IMG/VR virus record: IMGVR_UViG_3300026521_000636
Reading direction: 5' to 3' (one strand)
Length of the DNA stretch: 64,000 nt
Source: an uncultured virus (IMG/VR IMGVR_UViG_3300026521_000636)
Lineage: Duplodnaviria; Heunggongvirae; Uroviricota; Caudoviricetes
Shown one piece after another: positions 41,078-51,192 of this stretch; the first letter of the stretch is position 1; each line of letters starts with the position of its first letter. The position numbers were made by a program, and so were the translations under genes. Under the pieces are notes generated by a model. The model worked only from the letters and a program-made list of their open reading frames with translations, did not search any database and had not been told where the DNA came from.

Positions 41078-41186
41078 ATCTTTTAAATTACTTTTAATTA
41101 TTAATTTTGTATAATAATTAAATTACTACTAAAAAAGTACCATATAACTTTATATATGGAAAAAATACAAATGGATAGAATCAATT

Positions 41187-41972
41187 ATGAATATTACTCA
41201 ACCCGAACCTAATTTAAATACACCTCCAAAGAAAAGAAGAGGACGTTTAAAAAAAGGGGAAAAAGTTACTGCTAGTGGTTATAAAACTATGACTATGGAA
41301 GAAGCTTATAAATCTGTTGAAGGTATGAAATATAAAATAGCAAATAAATATAAAGTTTTTTGTAACGCAAGTGTTTCATATGAAGATTTAATTGGAGCAG
41401 CAAATATAGGGCTTGCATGGGCATATAGAGATTGGGATGCAAATACTGCTAAATTTACTACTTTCTCACACAATAGAATTGAAAGACAAATTGACCTATA
41501 CTTATGTGAAATGCTACCAAAATATAAAAACAATGTAGATGCTAAAAATTGGCTAAGAAGAAAAAATGATGAAAGCTTTAAACAACTTCAAGAAAGAAAA
41601 GTAACTAAAGACCCAGAATTTAATGAATTGCATGGTTTAGATGGTAAAAAAGAATTCACCAAAGAATTATATAATTTATATACTCAAAAAATGGCTAATA
41701 AACTATATAACAATGGACAACATCTAATTGTTACTTCGGCAAGTGGTTTTCAAAATGGCGATAATGAAGATTTCAATATTTTTGATGCTCTTAATGATGA
41801 TAATGACAATGTTGATATAGAAGAGGAATTTGATATTAATGAATTAGAAGATGTAACGCAAAAAGAAATAGCTTCTATGATTCTTGAAGGGTATTCTATT
41901 CAAGAAATTGCTAAAAAATTTGGCGTTTCAAAAGCTAAATTAATAAATTTAGCGGGTGTAAAGGAATTTTAA
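41187..41972 (+). CDS. sigma-70-like RNA polymerase sigma factor
   Basis: Region 2-like YEDLIGAANIGL..A...WD...AKFTTF; C-terminal HTH GYSIQEIAKKFGVS. Confidence 0.75.
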   Translation: MNITQPEPNLNTPPKKRRGRLKKGEKVTASGYKTMTMEEAYKSVEGMKYKIANKYKVFCNASVSYEDLIGAANIGLAWAYRDWDANTAKFTTFSHNRIERQIDLYLCEMLPKYKNNVDAKNWLRRKNDESFKQLQERKVTKDPEFNELHGLDGKKEFTKELYNLYTQKMANKLYNNGQHLIVTSASGFQNGDNEDFNIFDALNDDNDNVDIEEEFDINELEDVTQKEIASMILEGYSIQEIAKKFGVSKAKLINLAGVKEF

Positions 41973-42217
41973 TGTTACCTTCTATAAATGAAAATCAAGC
42001 TGATTATGTATTAAGTTTAGTTAAAAATGGTTTGAACGATCTTATTTCACATACAGAATTAGATGAAAGTAAAGATTCAATAAAATTTACTCTACAACCA
42101 GATTTAATAGAAAAATTTTCTAATAAATTTCCAGATGCGAATTTAGTAGATTTGGATAATGTTGTTACTTGGATACTTTATAAATCTATGATGTTTAAAA
42201 AGGAAGATGATGGATAA
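41972..42217 (+). CDS. hypothetical protein
   Basis: TAATG coupling. Confidence 0.6.
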   Translation: MLPSINENQADYVLSLVKNGLNDLISHTELDESKDSIKFTLQPDLIEKFSNKFPDANLVDLDNVVTWILYKSMMFKKEDDG

Positions 42218-42605
42218 TACTGTAACTATTAATGCTCCAGATTATACAATAGATGGAGATTTAAATATTTTAAGTACTACTTTACATAGTGGATCTTGGC
42301 AATCGCCATTATTTGATAATGCTACAATCGTATCAGGTAACAGTAATCCACTAATTATTGGGGATAAAGATCCCAATGAACAAGAAATTTATATTGTGGA
42401 AAAATGGCAAACCAAAGCACCAATTATTATTGATGCCGACTTAATAATATCATTAAAAAAAGATATTTTAAGTGAAGATGAATTATATAAAAAAATAATG
42501 GATAAAATCAATAGTGATTATCCAGAAGTAGCTCTTAAAATTGGAGCTAATAAACTAAGAATTAGAAAATTATCAATACCTATTGAAATAAAGGACAATC
42601 AATGA
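42207..42605 (+). CDS. hypothetical protein
   Basis: ORF with AAGGA RBS. Confidence 0.6.
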   Translation: MMDNTVTINAPDYTIDGDLNILSTTLHSGSWQSPLFDNATIVSGNSNPLIIGDKDPNEQEIYIVEKWQTKAPIIIDADLIISLKKDILSEDELYKKIMDKINSDYPEVALKIGANKLRIRKLSIPIEIKDNQ

Positions 42606-42970
42606 CACTTTTAGAAATTATGAATGAAAATAATATAGATCCAAATTGGATTTTTACACATGCTAGATTACATGATAAAGAAGGATTATTTTTCTTTGAA
42701 TCCATTATAAAAGAAAATGATGAAGGTGAGGATGAACATTATTTTGATACAAAATGTATGCTAATTGATGGAGCTCGTCTTGATTATTCCGATGATATGG
42801 AAAAAAATTTAGAGCTCAATAGTAAAGATGGTATGATTATCTTATCTCGTATAGATGGAGCATCATTGACACTTAAAAAAAGCGATTTTGAAAATTTACC
42901 CTTTAAAGTAACGGAATTTGGCTCAAAAATAAATCATTCAAAACCTAATGAATTTATTAAAATCGATTAA
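42602..42970 (+). CDS. hypothetical protein
   Basis: ATGA coupling; MTLLEIMNE leader. Confidence 0.6.
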   Translation: MTLLEIMNENNIDPNWIFTHARLHDKEGLFFFESIIKENDEGEDEHYFDTKCMLIDGARLDYSDDMEKNLELNSKDGMIILSRIDGASLTLKKSDFENLPFKVTEFGSKINHSKPNEFIKID

Positions 42971-42979
42971 AGGACCATT

Positions 42980-44032
42980 ATGGGATGTTGGAATGAAACA
43001 TGTGGACTCTCACAAAAATCTATTAGTTATGGTGAAGCAGTATATGCCGTAATCATTCTAAATGAAAATGCAGTATATAAATCATGCTATGCTAATGGAA
43101 TGGCTAGACCTTTTTCTTTTTTAATAGAAGGAACCTATGATGATTATGGCTCTATCGAAAATATTAAAGATACATTTGCAGCAAAATCTTTAGTTTTATT
43201 ATTCAATGATCTAATAAATGAAAATAAACTTATTATATCGGATGAAGTTATGAATCAGAATTACTTTAATAATGAAGAAATTGGCTATGATGGTAAATAC
43301 TTTGCCCATCCAGAAGCAATTTTTAAATTTATTGAAAGAGGGTATCTAAGCCTAAGTACAAATTCTTTCGACGGTGGAAAAAATGAACAAACATTTTCTT
43401 TTACTCTTTTTGATTGTGATGCATATGATGCCATGAAAGAAGTAATTGAATATAGAGAAGTAAAATATATAGATCTTCAATATGATGTACAAGAATTTTT
43501 AAATACCCTATTAAACAAAAATAATATCAATTTAAATAAGGCTGAAATAAGAGAAAAATTAAAAGATGACAATTTGAGTGATGAAGAAAAAGATATACTT
43601 ATTGAACTTTTATTCCAGGACCGTAATTCATTATGGGGTGGTGAGAAATTAAAGTCTAAAGCATCTAAATGGGGAAACATGTTGTCATATTTAAGAAGTT
43701 ATGAAAGTGTTAATCGAGATGCATTTAATAAACTAGAAAAAATAGTAAGATCAACATATAATCAAAATAACAATAACGACATCAATACAACTATATCAGA
43801 TTTTATAATAACACTCTTGATATTTAATACTTTTAGAAAATCTTGGGCACCACAAGGTCATGCATCACAGGATGATAATCTTATTGAAATAATTGATTTC
43901 ACAGAACGGTTTTTAAGAAAATTATACAAGAAGAGAGATATTTTAAAAGAAGAAGGCTACTATGAAGATGAAAATGAAGTTATAGGTAGTGTTTCAATAT
44001 TAGATGAAAAGAAATTACTATGCAATTCGTAA
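42980..44032 (+). CDS. conserved phage hypothetical protein
   Basis: MGCWNETCGLSQ...G.YDDYG N-terminal motif typical of phage proteins. Confidence 0.65.
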   Translation: MGCWNETCGLSQKSISYGEAVYAVIILNENAVYKSCYANGMARPFSFLIEGTYDDYGSIENIKDTFAAKSLVLLFNDLINENKLIISDEVMNQNYFNNEEIGYDGKYFAHPEAIFKFIERGYLSLSTNSFDGGKNEQTFSFTLFDCDAYDAMKEVIEYREVKYIDLQYDVQEFLNTLLNKNNINLNKAEIREKLKDDNLSDEEKDILIELLFQDRNSLWGGEKLKSKASKWGNMLSYLRSYESVNRDAFNKLEKIVRSTYNQNNNNDINTTISDFIITLLIFNTFRKSWAPQGHASQDDNLIEIIDFTERFLRKLYKKRDILKEEGYYEDENEVIGSVSILDEKKLLCNS

Positions 44033-44517
44033 ATGTATTTGACTTGGATTGTACCCTAATAGATAGTTCACACAGAATAAATAAATTTGGAGATCCAAAA
44101 AAAGGTCTAGATTTAGACTATTGGATCGACCATTCAATATCAGAATTCATAAATAAAGATAAGCTCTTACCTTTAGTAGAAGTTTTTCAAGAATTTAAGA
44201 AAACAAATTTTTCAAACATCGCTGTAACTGCAAGAGAAATGACTAACGCAGATTATGAATTTTTAAAACAGCACGATTTACATTTTGATATGATATTACA
44301 TAGAGAAGATAGCGTTGAATTAGATCACATACTTAAAAGTAGAAAATTAGATGAATTATTTGCATCCACAAACTTAAAGCCTTTTTTAGCGTTTGATGAT
44401 AAAGAAGAGAATTTAGAAATATTTAAAAAATTTGGTTTTACATGTATTAATGCTATCGAAATTAATACTATTATGTTAGGCATATCATTAAAATGCAATG
44501 CAGAAAAAAATAATTGA
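44020..44517 (+). CDS. HAD-superfamily phosphatase (PNK 3'-phosphatase-like)
   Basis: FDLDCTL, VTAR, K, FDD motifs. Confidence 0.85.
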   Translation: MQFVNVFDLDCTLIDSSHRINKFGDPKKGLDLDYWIDHSISEFINKDKLLPLVEVFQEFKKTNFSNIAVTAREMTNADYEFLKQHDLHFDMILHREDSVELDHILKSRKLDELFASTNLKPFLAFDDKEENLEIFKKFGFTCINAIEINTIMLGISLKCNAEKNN

Positions 44518-44545
44518 AATAGGATCTTCCCTATTTCAATTTTTT
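44512..44545. terminator. bidirectional rho-independent terminator
   Basis: AATTGAAATAGG / CCTATTTCAATT 12-bp stem with T-run between convergent ORFs. Confidence 0.75.
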
Positions 44546-44576
44546 CCTTTTTATAGGCAAGGTAAAGGTGTCCACC

Positions 44577-44879
44577 TTATTCTTTTGAAAAAATTCGTTC
44601 TGCAAATTGAGTAACAGGTCCTCTAAGAACTTTTTGTAATTCTATACCAAATAGATTTACTTCTTCATGTTCTTCTTTTGTAGCATTTAAAAGGGTGGTT
44701 AAACCATTAGTATATCTTGTAATATACTGATTATCAATCTGTCTATTTGAACCTAATACAATAACTTTACAAGAAGAATCAATACGACTTAATACTAGTT
44801 GTAATGTAGAATTACTCATATTTTGAGCTTCATCAATAATTACAATAGCATCTGAAAGTGTTCGACCTCTCATACTACC
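44577..44879 (-). pseudogene. displaced duplicate of the phoH 3' end
   Basis: 98-aa frame with 84/98 residues identical (hand count) to the C-terminus of PhoH at 45661-45960; lacks the PIN domain and Walker A. Confidence 0.8.
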
Positions 44880-44930
44880 AAAACTTTTTAATAATTGTAT
44901 AAATAATATAAAAGGATTAAGGACAAATTC

Positions 44931-45668
44931 ATGATATATACCATATATAAAATCACAAATAAACTAAATAATAAAATATATATAGGAGCCCACACAACAG
45001 AGGACATTTCCGACAATTATATGGGTTCGGGAGCAATATTAAAAAAAGCTATTGAAAAATATGGGTTAGATAATTTTTATAAAGAGGTGTTATATACGTT
45101 TACAACCGAAGAAGAAATGTATTTAAAAGAAGCAGAGTTAGTTAATGAAGAATTTATTCAACGAGATGATACTTATAATTTAAAGGTCGGTGGATATGGA
45201 GGATGGTCTTATATTAACGAAAATAAATTAAATAATACAGAAAAAAATAGATTATCAAGATTAAAAAATTTGGAAAAAGCAAATGAAGCAAATAAAAAAT
45301 TAGTTGCTGAAGGGAAGCATAGAAAAGGCTTTAAGATTAGTGCGGAAACAAAATTGAAAATGTCGTTAAATAAGAATCGGTCATTTCCTGGCGAAAAAAA
45401 CCCTCAATATGGGAAAAAATGCGTTAATAAAAATGGTAAAAATTTGATGATATTAAAAGAGGAAGTAAATGACTATATTAAAAAAGGTTGGGAGTTAGGT
45501 CAAATACAAAATAAACCAGATACCAAAGGAAATAAAAATGCGTCCTTTGGTAAAAGCTGGTACACAAATGGTGAAGAAAGTAAATTATTAAGCCAAGAAG
45601 AGTCAATTAAATACATTTCTTTAGGTTGGACAAAGGGTAGAACATTGAAAAAAAGTAAGACTAGCTAG
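44931..45668 (+). mobile_element. free-standing GIY-YIG (Seg-like) homing endonuclease
   Basis: YTIYKITNKLNNKIYIGAH...YMGSG...E...YNL; two C-terminal G.KN..(F/Y)GK...GW..G repeats; late promoter at 44898. Confidence 0.88.
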
Positions 45669-45675
45669 TCTTACT
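45654..45675. repeat. perfect 22-bp palindrome at the overlapping stops of the endonuclease and phoH
   Basis: AGTAAGACTAG-CTAGTCTTACT; both proteins therefore end SKTS. Confidence 0.9.
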
Positions 45676-47088
45676 AAAAATTTTTTCCGCAAATGTTGTT
45701 ATAGGTCCTCTTAATACTTTCTGTAATTCTATACCGAATAAACTTACTTCTTCATGTTCTTCTTTTGTAGCATTTAAAAGTGCAGTCAAACCATTCGTAT
45801 ATTTGGTAATATATTGATTATCGATTTGTCTATTTGAACCCAATACAACAACTTTACAAGAAGAATCAACCCTAGTCAATGTTAGTTGTAGTGTACTAGT
45901 ACTCATATTTTGAGCTTCATCAATAATTACAATAGCATTAGATAAAGTTCTTCCGCGAAGTGCACCAGTCCACATAGTTTCAACTTGATAACGTTCTACT
46001 AACTCTTGGACTTTTTCAGATATTCGTTCTTCAGTTACAGTTTCTCCCTTACCAGGCTTATTTTCTTTTGATTTTTTTAACATTTGACCCGCAATATAAG
46101 CAAGAGTATCAAATAATGGGAAATTATATATCTCAAATTTTGCTTCATTCGTTGAAAGATAACCTACATCTTCTCCTTTAGCTAACGATTCAACTGAGTT
46201 TCTAATATAGACTATACGTTGATATTCTTTACACTTAATCAATTCCATTGCTGCACTAATAGCTAAAAGGGTTTTACCAGAACCAGCTTTAGCTTCAGCT
46301 ACAACGATATTATAATGATTATTAAGTAATGCATTACTAAAAAATAATTGTTCGGCATTCATAGGATTTACATTTTGTTTACGTAATTCTTTTTCATCTA
46401 AAAATTGTATTTTATTATTAATTATATAAGCAAGTATTTTTTGCCCGTCTTTATTAAAAATATAATTAAAATTATTTGGTTTGTGTTCGGAGTTAAAATC
46501 TAAAATATTATCTCCCTCTCGAACTTCCTGTCCATTTAAATTAATTTCTTTAATAAAATCTAAAGAAATCTCTTTATTTCCTAAATTTAATGGTTCTGTC
46601 TCCAGTCCTAAACTTATAGCTCTTGTTCTAGCCATCACATCTAATGATATAAATTTAATATGTTCATAATTTATATCCTCTGTATTATGTATTAAATCCA
46701 ATGTAATTTCTAAGATCTTTCTATCATTTCTTATACTATTACTCGTATTATCAGAATCAGCTTTATATACTTCCTTGGATATAATATGAATAACAGTATC
46801 ATCTACTTTAGTTTCGATTAAAACTATATCAAATGATTTATTGTTGTCGCTATTTGCTTTTATAACTCTTTTATCTTTAATTTCCGCATCAAATAACATT
46901 CTACCGAACTCTCTGGCTTGGAAATTTATTTCATCCCAACCACTTTTTTTACTATCTATTTCATCTAATACTGTTTCTGGTAAAATAATAAGATTTTTAC
47001 CATTATCCGATAAAGTGAATAGATTTTTTGCGTCGTCAAGTATTATATTTGTATCTAAACAAAATACTTTTTCAAATTTTTTAGTCAT
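45661..47088 (-). CDS. phoH: PIN-PhoH (PhoH2/YlaK-like) protein
   Basis: PIN LDTNIIL...E.D...NDRKIL...D; AGSGKT, RGRTL, IIDEAQN, GSNRQID. Confidence 0.92.
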   Translation of the reverse strand: MTKKFEKVFCLDTNIILDDAKNLFTLSDNGKNLIILPETVLDEIDSKKSGWDEINFQAREFGRMLFDAEIKDKRVIKANSDNNKSFDIVLIETKVDDTVIHIISKEVYKADSDNTSNSIRNDRKILEITLDLIHNTEDINYEHIKFISLDVMARTRAISLGLETEPLNLGNKEISLDFIKEINLNGQEVREGDNILDFNSEHKPNNFNYIFNKDGQKILAYIINNKIQFLDEKELRKQNVNPMNAEQLFFSNALLNNHYNIVVAEAKAGSGKTLLAISAAMELIKCKEYQRIVYIRNSVESLAKGEDVGYLSTNEAKFEIYNFPLFDTLAYIAGQMLKKSKENKPGKGETVTEERISEKVQELVERYQVETMWTGALRGRTLSNAIVIIDEAQNMSTSTLQLTLTRVDSSCKVVVLGSNRQIDNQYITKYTNGLTALLNATKEEHEEVSLFGIELQKVLRGPITTFAEKIFSKTS

Positions 47089-47255
47089 AAATAAAGTCTC
47101 CTTTTTGACATTTAAACGGATAGGAATAATTCCAATCTCATTTTTATTTATGAAATATTTCCCCCACTTACACCTTTTTCAAATATTTAACTATTAACAA
47201 ACAATAAAAATTACTACGTACACCATATAAATAAAAAGAAAATAAGGCATTAAAA

Positions 47256-47699
47256 ATGAAAATAAGAAATATTCTATTAGAAGCTAAAAAAAGAAGATGG
47301 AAAGGTCTAAATAATCATATCGTAGAAATTTTACCAAATAAAACGGGTTTCGGAACTGGTTCTGGTAAGTTTAGAATTAATAAAAAAGATGATAATGAAA
47401 TTTGGACAATAAAAGTTGGACCAAATAGTACAAAATATTATATATATCTTGGTATAAGTCCTAATGCTAAAAAAATTGGATTTCGTATCCAGCCAAATAA
47501 AATAAATAGTGGAGTTGATGGTCATAAATTATTTAACAAAATTAAAAAATTAACAGATACTTTCAATAATCAAATAATTTATCCAAAAAATAATAATACT
47601 GTAAATGAAGATTTTATTGATGAATTAATTAAATTAAATACTAATTTGTTTAATGAAATCAATAAAGCTGTGATAGATTTAAAAGAAAACTTTAAATAA
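47256..47699 (+). CDS. hypothetical protein, possible internal head protein
   Basis: TATAAATA at 47226; MKIRNILLE leader. Confidence 0.6.
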   Translation: MKIRNILLEAKKRRWKGLNNHIVEILPNKTGFGTGSGKFRINKKDDNEIWTIKVGPNSTKYYIYLGISPNAKKIGFRIQPNKINSGVDGHKLFNKIKKLTDTFNNQIIYPKNNNTVNEDFIDELIKLNTNLFNEINKAVIDLKENFK

Positions 47700-47704
47700 T
47701 TTTT

Positions 47705-49114
47705 TTATTTAAAGTTTTTTAATTCTATTTTTTCAACCTCAAATGGGTATTGAGCCTCTTTATAAAAATCTTTTCTAGATTTTATATGTTTTTTATCATA
47801 TTTTAAATTAGATGTTATATCAATTACTGTAACATGTTCTTTCTGTCCAGATTTTCTTCTAAGCCCTCTTCCAATCGATTGTATAACTTTTGTAAAACTT
47901 TTTCCAGGTGTAGGTGCAAGAATTAAGTTGTTAATATGTACAATATCAATTCCAGTACTAAGTAATGAATATGTTCCAACTGTTACTAAATTACCACCAT
48001 AAACGAATTCATTAAATTTCTCTTGTCTTTTATCAACCGTTAATTTTGAACTAATATAACCACACTCTAGAAATTCTGATAAATCTTCAGCCGGATCTAT
48101 ATTCTTCATCAATATCAATGTGTTACCTTCTAATGAATCAACAATGGCTTTCATTAATTTTTGAAACATTTCATTACTTTGTAAAAAAACAGTCTCTTCA
48201 TGCCAGTCAATAAATGAGCCTAAATATTCTTTAGGGTAAACCAATTCAAAAATATTAATATCTATTGAAGATAATATATTTCTCTTTTGTAATTCATGTG
48301 CTTTTACATCATAAACCACAGGACCAAAACCAGCTGTTAAATTAGCTTTGTCTAAAGGATCTTTTGGCACAGTACCCGTCAAACCTATTCTCAAATATGA
48401 ATTTTTTGCCTCATTCATAATTTGTTGAGCTACATATGCTTTAGCGCCATGTACTTCATCCCATATCACACATTCAAAATCTCGTATAAAATGTTTATTA
48501 TTTTGTAGTGTTTGCCAAGTAGCCACAATATTAATTTCATTATCTTTTTTACCACTACCAAACATACCGACAGGAATATCAAATTGTTTTATATAATCAA
48601 ATGTCTGTTTTAACAATGATGATGATGGTACAATGACAATCGTTTTCATATTTAGTTTATTGGCATATTTAACGATAGCTGATGTCAATAAGGTATTATG
48701 ATGAACTGTTCCATTTGCTATTTGATATAAATGATTTTCAGAATTAACTTCGACATCATATAATAAACCCTGTTCATTTAGATTCTCTATATTTGTAACT
48801 ACTGCCATATGTTTTTCATCAACATTATATAATCTATCACCTATAGACAATTCATTGACTTTTTTTATAGTTTGGTCATCTAACATTAAGATATGATTAT
48901 CAGTAGTTATTATATTCTCTATTGCATCAATCTCTAGCTTTATTAAATTATCCTCTTTTACAATAAGACCTTTAATATCAACCCATTTACCGACCTCATC
49001 TTGAATTTGAATTGGTGTACGTTGAAAATATTCCTCATCTCTACGAAATGCAATATCTTCTTCTAACGATATTATTTTAAATAATTGTTCAAAAGTTAAT
49101 TCTATTTCTTCCAT
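47705..49114 (-). CDS. uvsW: split-intein C fragment fused to the C-terminal part of a UvsW-like SF2 helicase
   Basis: aa1-140 intein blocks B/F/G (TTDNH, LYDVEV, HHN) then T of Walker A GKT; DEVH, GLTGT, STGIDI, QSIGRGLR. Confidence 0.88.
   Translation of the reverse strand: MEEIELTFEQLFKIISLEEDIAFRRDEEYFQRTPIQIQDEVGKWVDIKGLIVKEDNLIKLEIDAIENIITTDNHILMLDDQTIKKVNELSIGDRLYNVDEKHMAVVTNIENLNEQGLLYDVEVNSENHLYQIANGTVHHNTLLTSAIVKYANKLNMKTIVIVPSSSLLKQTFDYIKQFDIPVGMFGSGKKDNEINIVATWQTLQNNKHFIRDFECVIWDEVHGAKAYVAQQIMNEAKNSYLRIGLTGTVPKDPLDKANLTAGFGPVVYDVKAHELQKRNILSSIDINIFELVYPKEYLGSFIDWHEETVFLQSNEMFQKLMKAIVDSLEGNTLILMKNIDPAEDLSEFLECGYISSKLTVDKRQEKFNEFVYGGNLVTVGTYSLLSTGIDIVHINNLILAPTPGKSFTKVIQSIGRGLRRKSGQKEHVTVIDITSNLKYDKKHIKSRKDFYKEAQYPFEVEKIELKNFK
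48695..49114 (-). mobile_element. atypically split intein, C-terminal fragment (140 aa)
   Basis: Ends HHN|T; no N-terminal Cys/Ser block A; own RBS and TGTATAAT promoter upstream. Confidence 0.8.
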
Positions 49115-49225
49115 TTATAGTCCTAAGAATTTATATAATATATTAATTATACATTTTATGTTAATAAATATTTAAAGTATAATAGTGTATAATAATAACT
49201 TATTACCATAAAAAGGGATTTTAAC

Positions 49226-50167
49226 TTGAAATTTTTAATTAGTTTTTTATTTATCATAACACACTTACAAGCACTAAGTACAGAACAAATAAATAAAATA
49301 AAATCAACCTATAAAATAGGAATGGAAATAAAAGCGTCAGATGGGATGACATTTGGTTATAGTTTAGCAAGTATTATGGGACAAGAAAGTTCTTGGGGAC
49401 GATACGTTGTTGGTGATAAATGGGCAAATGGAAAATTAAAGCCTCTTTATGATTCATCGTTAGGAAACTTTCAAGTAAAATTAGAAACAGCAAAAATAAC
49501 AATTAAAAAATTTCAACATTTAAAAAAGAAATATGCATATTTAATTTATGATGGAAGAATAAATTATGATAAATTTGCTAAATATAAATCGGATTATATA
49601 TATCTAAAAACTATTACTAAAGATGGTTTTAATAGTTATTTTGAAGCTAAATCTGTACATTTATTAAATAATAAAAATTATGACAAAATATTATATTATG
49701 AATCAATATTAAATAATCCTATTTGGATTAAAAGATATAACTCTGAGGAGAAAAGAGCTATAAGAACTTTTAAATGGGCAAAAAAAGAATTAAAATACCA
49801 TAAAAATATTCATAAAAATAATATTAAAAAATTGAAGATTAAATTAAAAGAACAATACCCACAAGATTTAGCACACCTTAAAGAAGTAAAAATCCAATAT
49901 ATAAAAATGAAAAGGAAAGTAGACAAAGATGTATTGATGGTTAATAAATTATTAAGTGATTTTAATTTTGGTGCTGAAATTGCTGGACACTATCTCCTTT
50001 TATGTTATGAACAAGCTAAGAAAAAACATTTTAAAAATCCTCTTAAAAAAGCAATAGGACGATATAATGGTGGGTGGAATAATACTCAATATTATCTAAA
50101 AGTCAAAGAACGTATGAAAGTTGTTAAAAAAGTTATCAATAATAATTTAAATACAATGAATAAATAA
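49226..50167 (+). CDS. lytic transglycosylase/lysozyme-like protein with signal peptide and long insertion
   Basis: QESSWG, GNFQV, AIGRYNGG...Y..KV; hydrophobic N-terminus. Confidence 0.7.
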   Translation: MKFLISFLFIITHLQALSTEQINKIKSTYKIGMEIKASDGMTFGYSLASIMGQESSWGRYVVGDKWANGKLKPLYDSSLGNFQVKLETAKITIKKFQHLKKKYAYLIYDGRINYDKFAKYKSDYIYLKTITKDGFNSYFEAKSVHLLNNKNYDKILYYESILNNPIWIKRYNSEEKRAIRTFKWAKKELKYHKNIHKNNIKKLKIKLKEQYPQDLAHLKEVKIQYIKMKRKVDKDVLMVNKLLSDFNFGAEIAGHYLLLCYEQAKKKHFKNPLKKAIGRYNGGWNNTQYYLKVKERMKVVKKVINNNLNTMNK

Positions 50168-50191
50168 AAGAAAAATAAGGATGAAACATTC

Positions 50192-50545
50192 ATGGTTATA
50201 AATTTTGATAAACAAATAGACCCAAATATAACAGATATTAAAGTAGCTGGACAAGACTTTGAAATGATTAATCTTGTAACTGGTGGATCAATGGGGTGGA
50301 GTATCGATATTGATCTAAATATTATCAGTTTTCTGGGAACAACAGATGTTCAAATTACTTTTAATTCAGCATCTTCATTAGAACTTTACTCTAAACAAAT
50401 AGAGTTGGCTACTAGTACACCATATAATCCATATACACATGGATTAGCAGAAGATCCTCATTATGATAAAATACCGACAGGTCAAATTCAAACACATACA
50501 TATACTGATACAGATATTGAACAAGACTTGATCAATAATAATTAA
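50192..50545 (+). CDS. hypothetical protein (tandem pair A)
   Basis: Ends HTYTDTDIEQDLINNN. Confidence 0.65.
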   Translation: MVINFDKQIDPNITDIKVAGQDFEMINLVTGGSMGWSIDIDLNIISFLGTTDVQITFNSASSLELYSKQIELATSTPYNPYTHGLAEDPHYDKIPTGQIQTHTYTDTDIEQDLINNN

Positions 50546-50561
50546 ATAAAGGAATTAAATA

Positions 50562-50936
50562 ATGGTTAGATTAGAATTTGTTAAAGGACAAGGTGGTGTT
50601 GCAAATATCATTAATGGTAATCTAAGAGATACTGATAGAGAAGAATTATTAGATATTGAAGATGCAACACGAGTTATAGTTAATTTCTATTCAGCTATCG
50701 CTATAAATGATGATTTAATTGCTATGGAGATATCTGGGTATATTATTGTTTTTGAGTCATTAGAAGATATGGAACCATATCTAACACAAATAGATTTATT
50801 AGATGGTGAAATTTTTAATCCTGGTATTAATGGAATAAAAACTCCGGATTGGGATGTAGCAAGTAGAGATAAAACCGAAGGTATTGTAGAACATACATAT
50901 GAAGATACCGATATTGAAAAAGATCTAATAAATTAA
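50562..50936 (+). CDS. hypothetical protein (tandem pair B)
   Basis: Ends HTYEDTDIEKDLIN. Confidence 0.65.
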   Translation: MVRLEFVKGQGGVANIINGNLRDTDREELLDIEDATRVIVNFYSAIAINDDLIAMEISGYIIVFESLEDMEPYLTQIDLLDGEIFNPGINGIKTPDWDVASRDKTEGIVEHTYEDTDIEKDLIN

Positions 50937-50980
50937 TATATCACATATAAATAAAAGTGTAAAAAAAATAAGGAGTTACT

Positions 50981-51190
50981 ATGAAATTAGGTGAACTATT
51001 AAACAAAAATACAATAAATGAAAATTCAAATATTACTGAAGATGTTTTAAGACAAGCAATGGCAGAATCAGGTAAAACTCGAGCGAATGACCTAAAAGCA
51101 TACTTAAAATATAAATTTCCAGATATGCCTTTTACTGCTAAAGAACTAACAGCTATTGTAAAAGAGTTTAGAACAACTCTAGATTATTAA
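50981..51190 (+). CDS. small hypothetical protein, possible internal head protein
   Basis: TATAAATA at 50946, AAGGAG RBS, MKLGELL..INE leader. Confidence 0.6.
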   Translation: MKLGELLNKNTINENSNITEDVLRQAMAESGKTRANDLKAYLKYKFPDMPFTAKELTAIVKEFRTTLDY

Positions 51191-51192
51191 TC

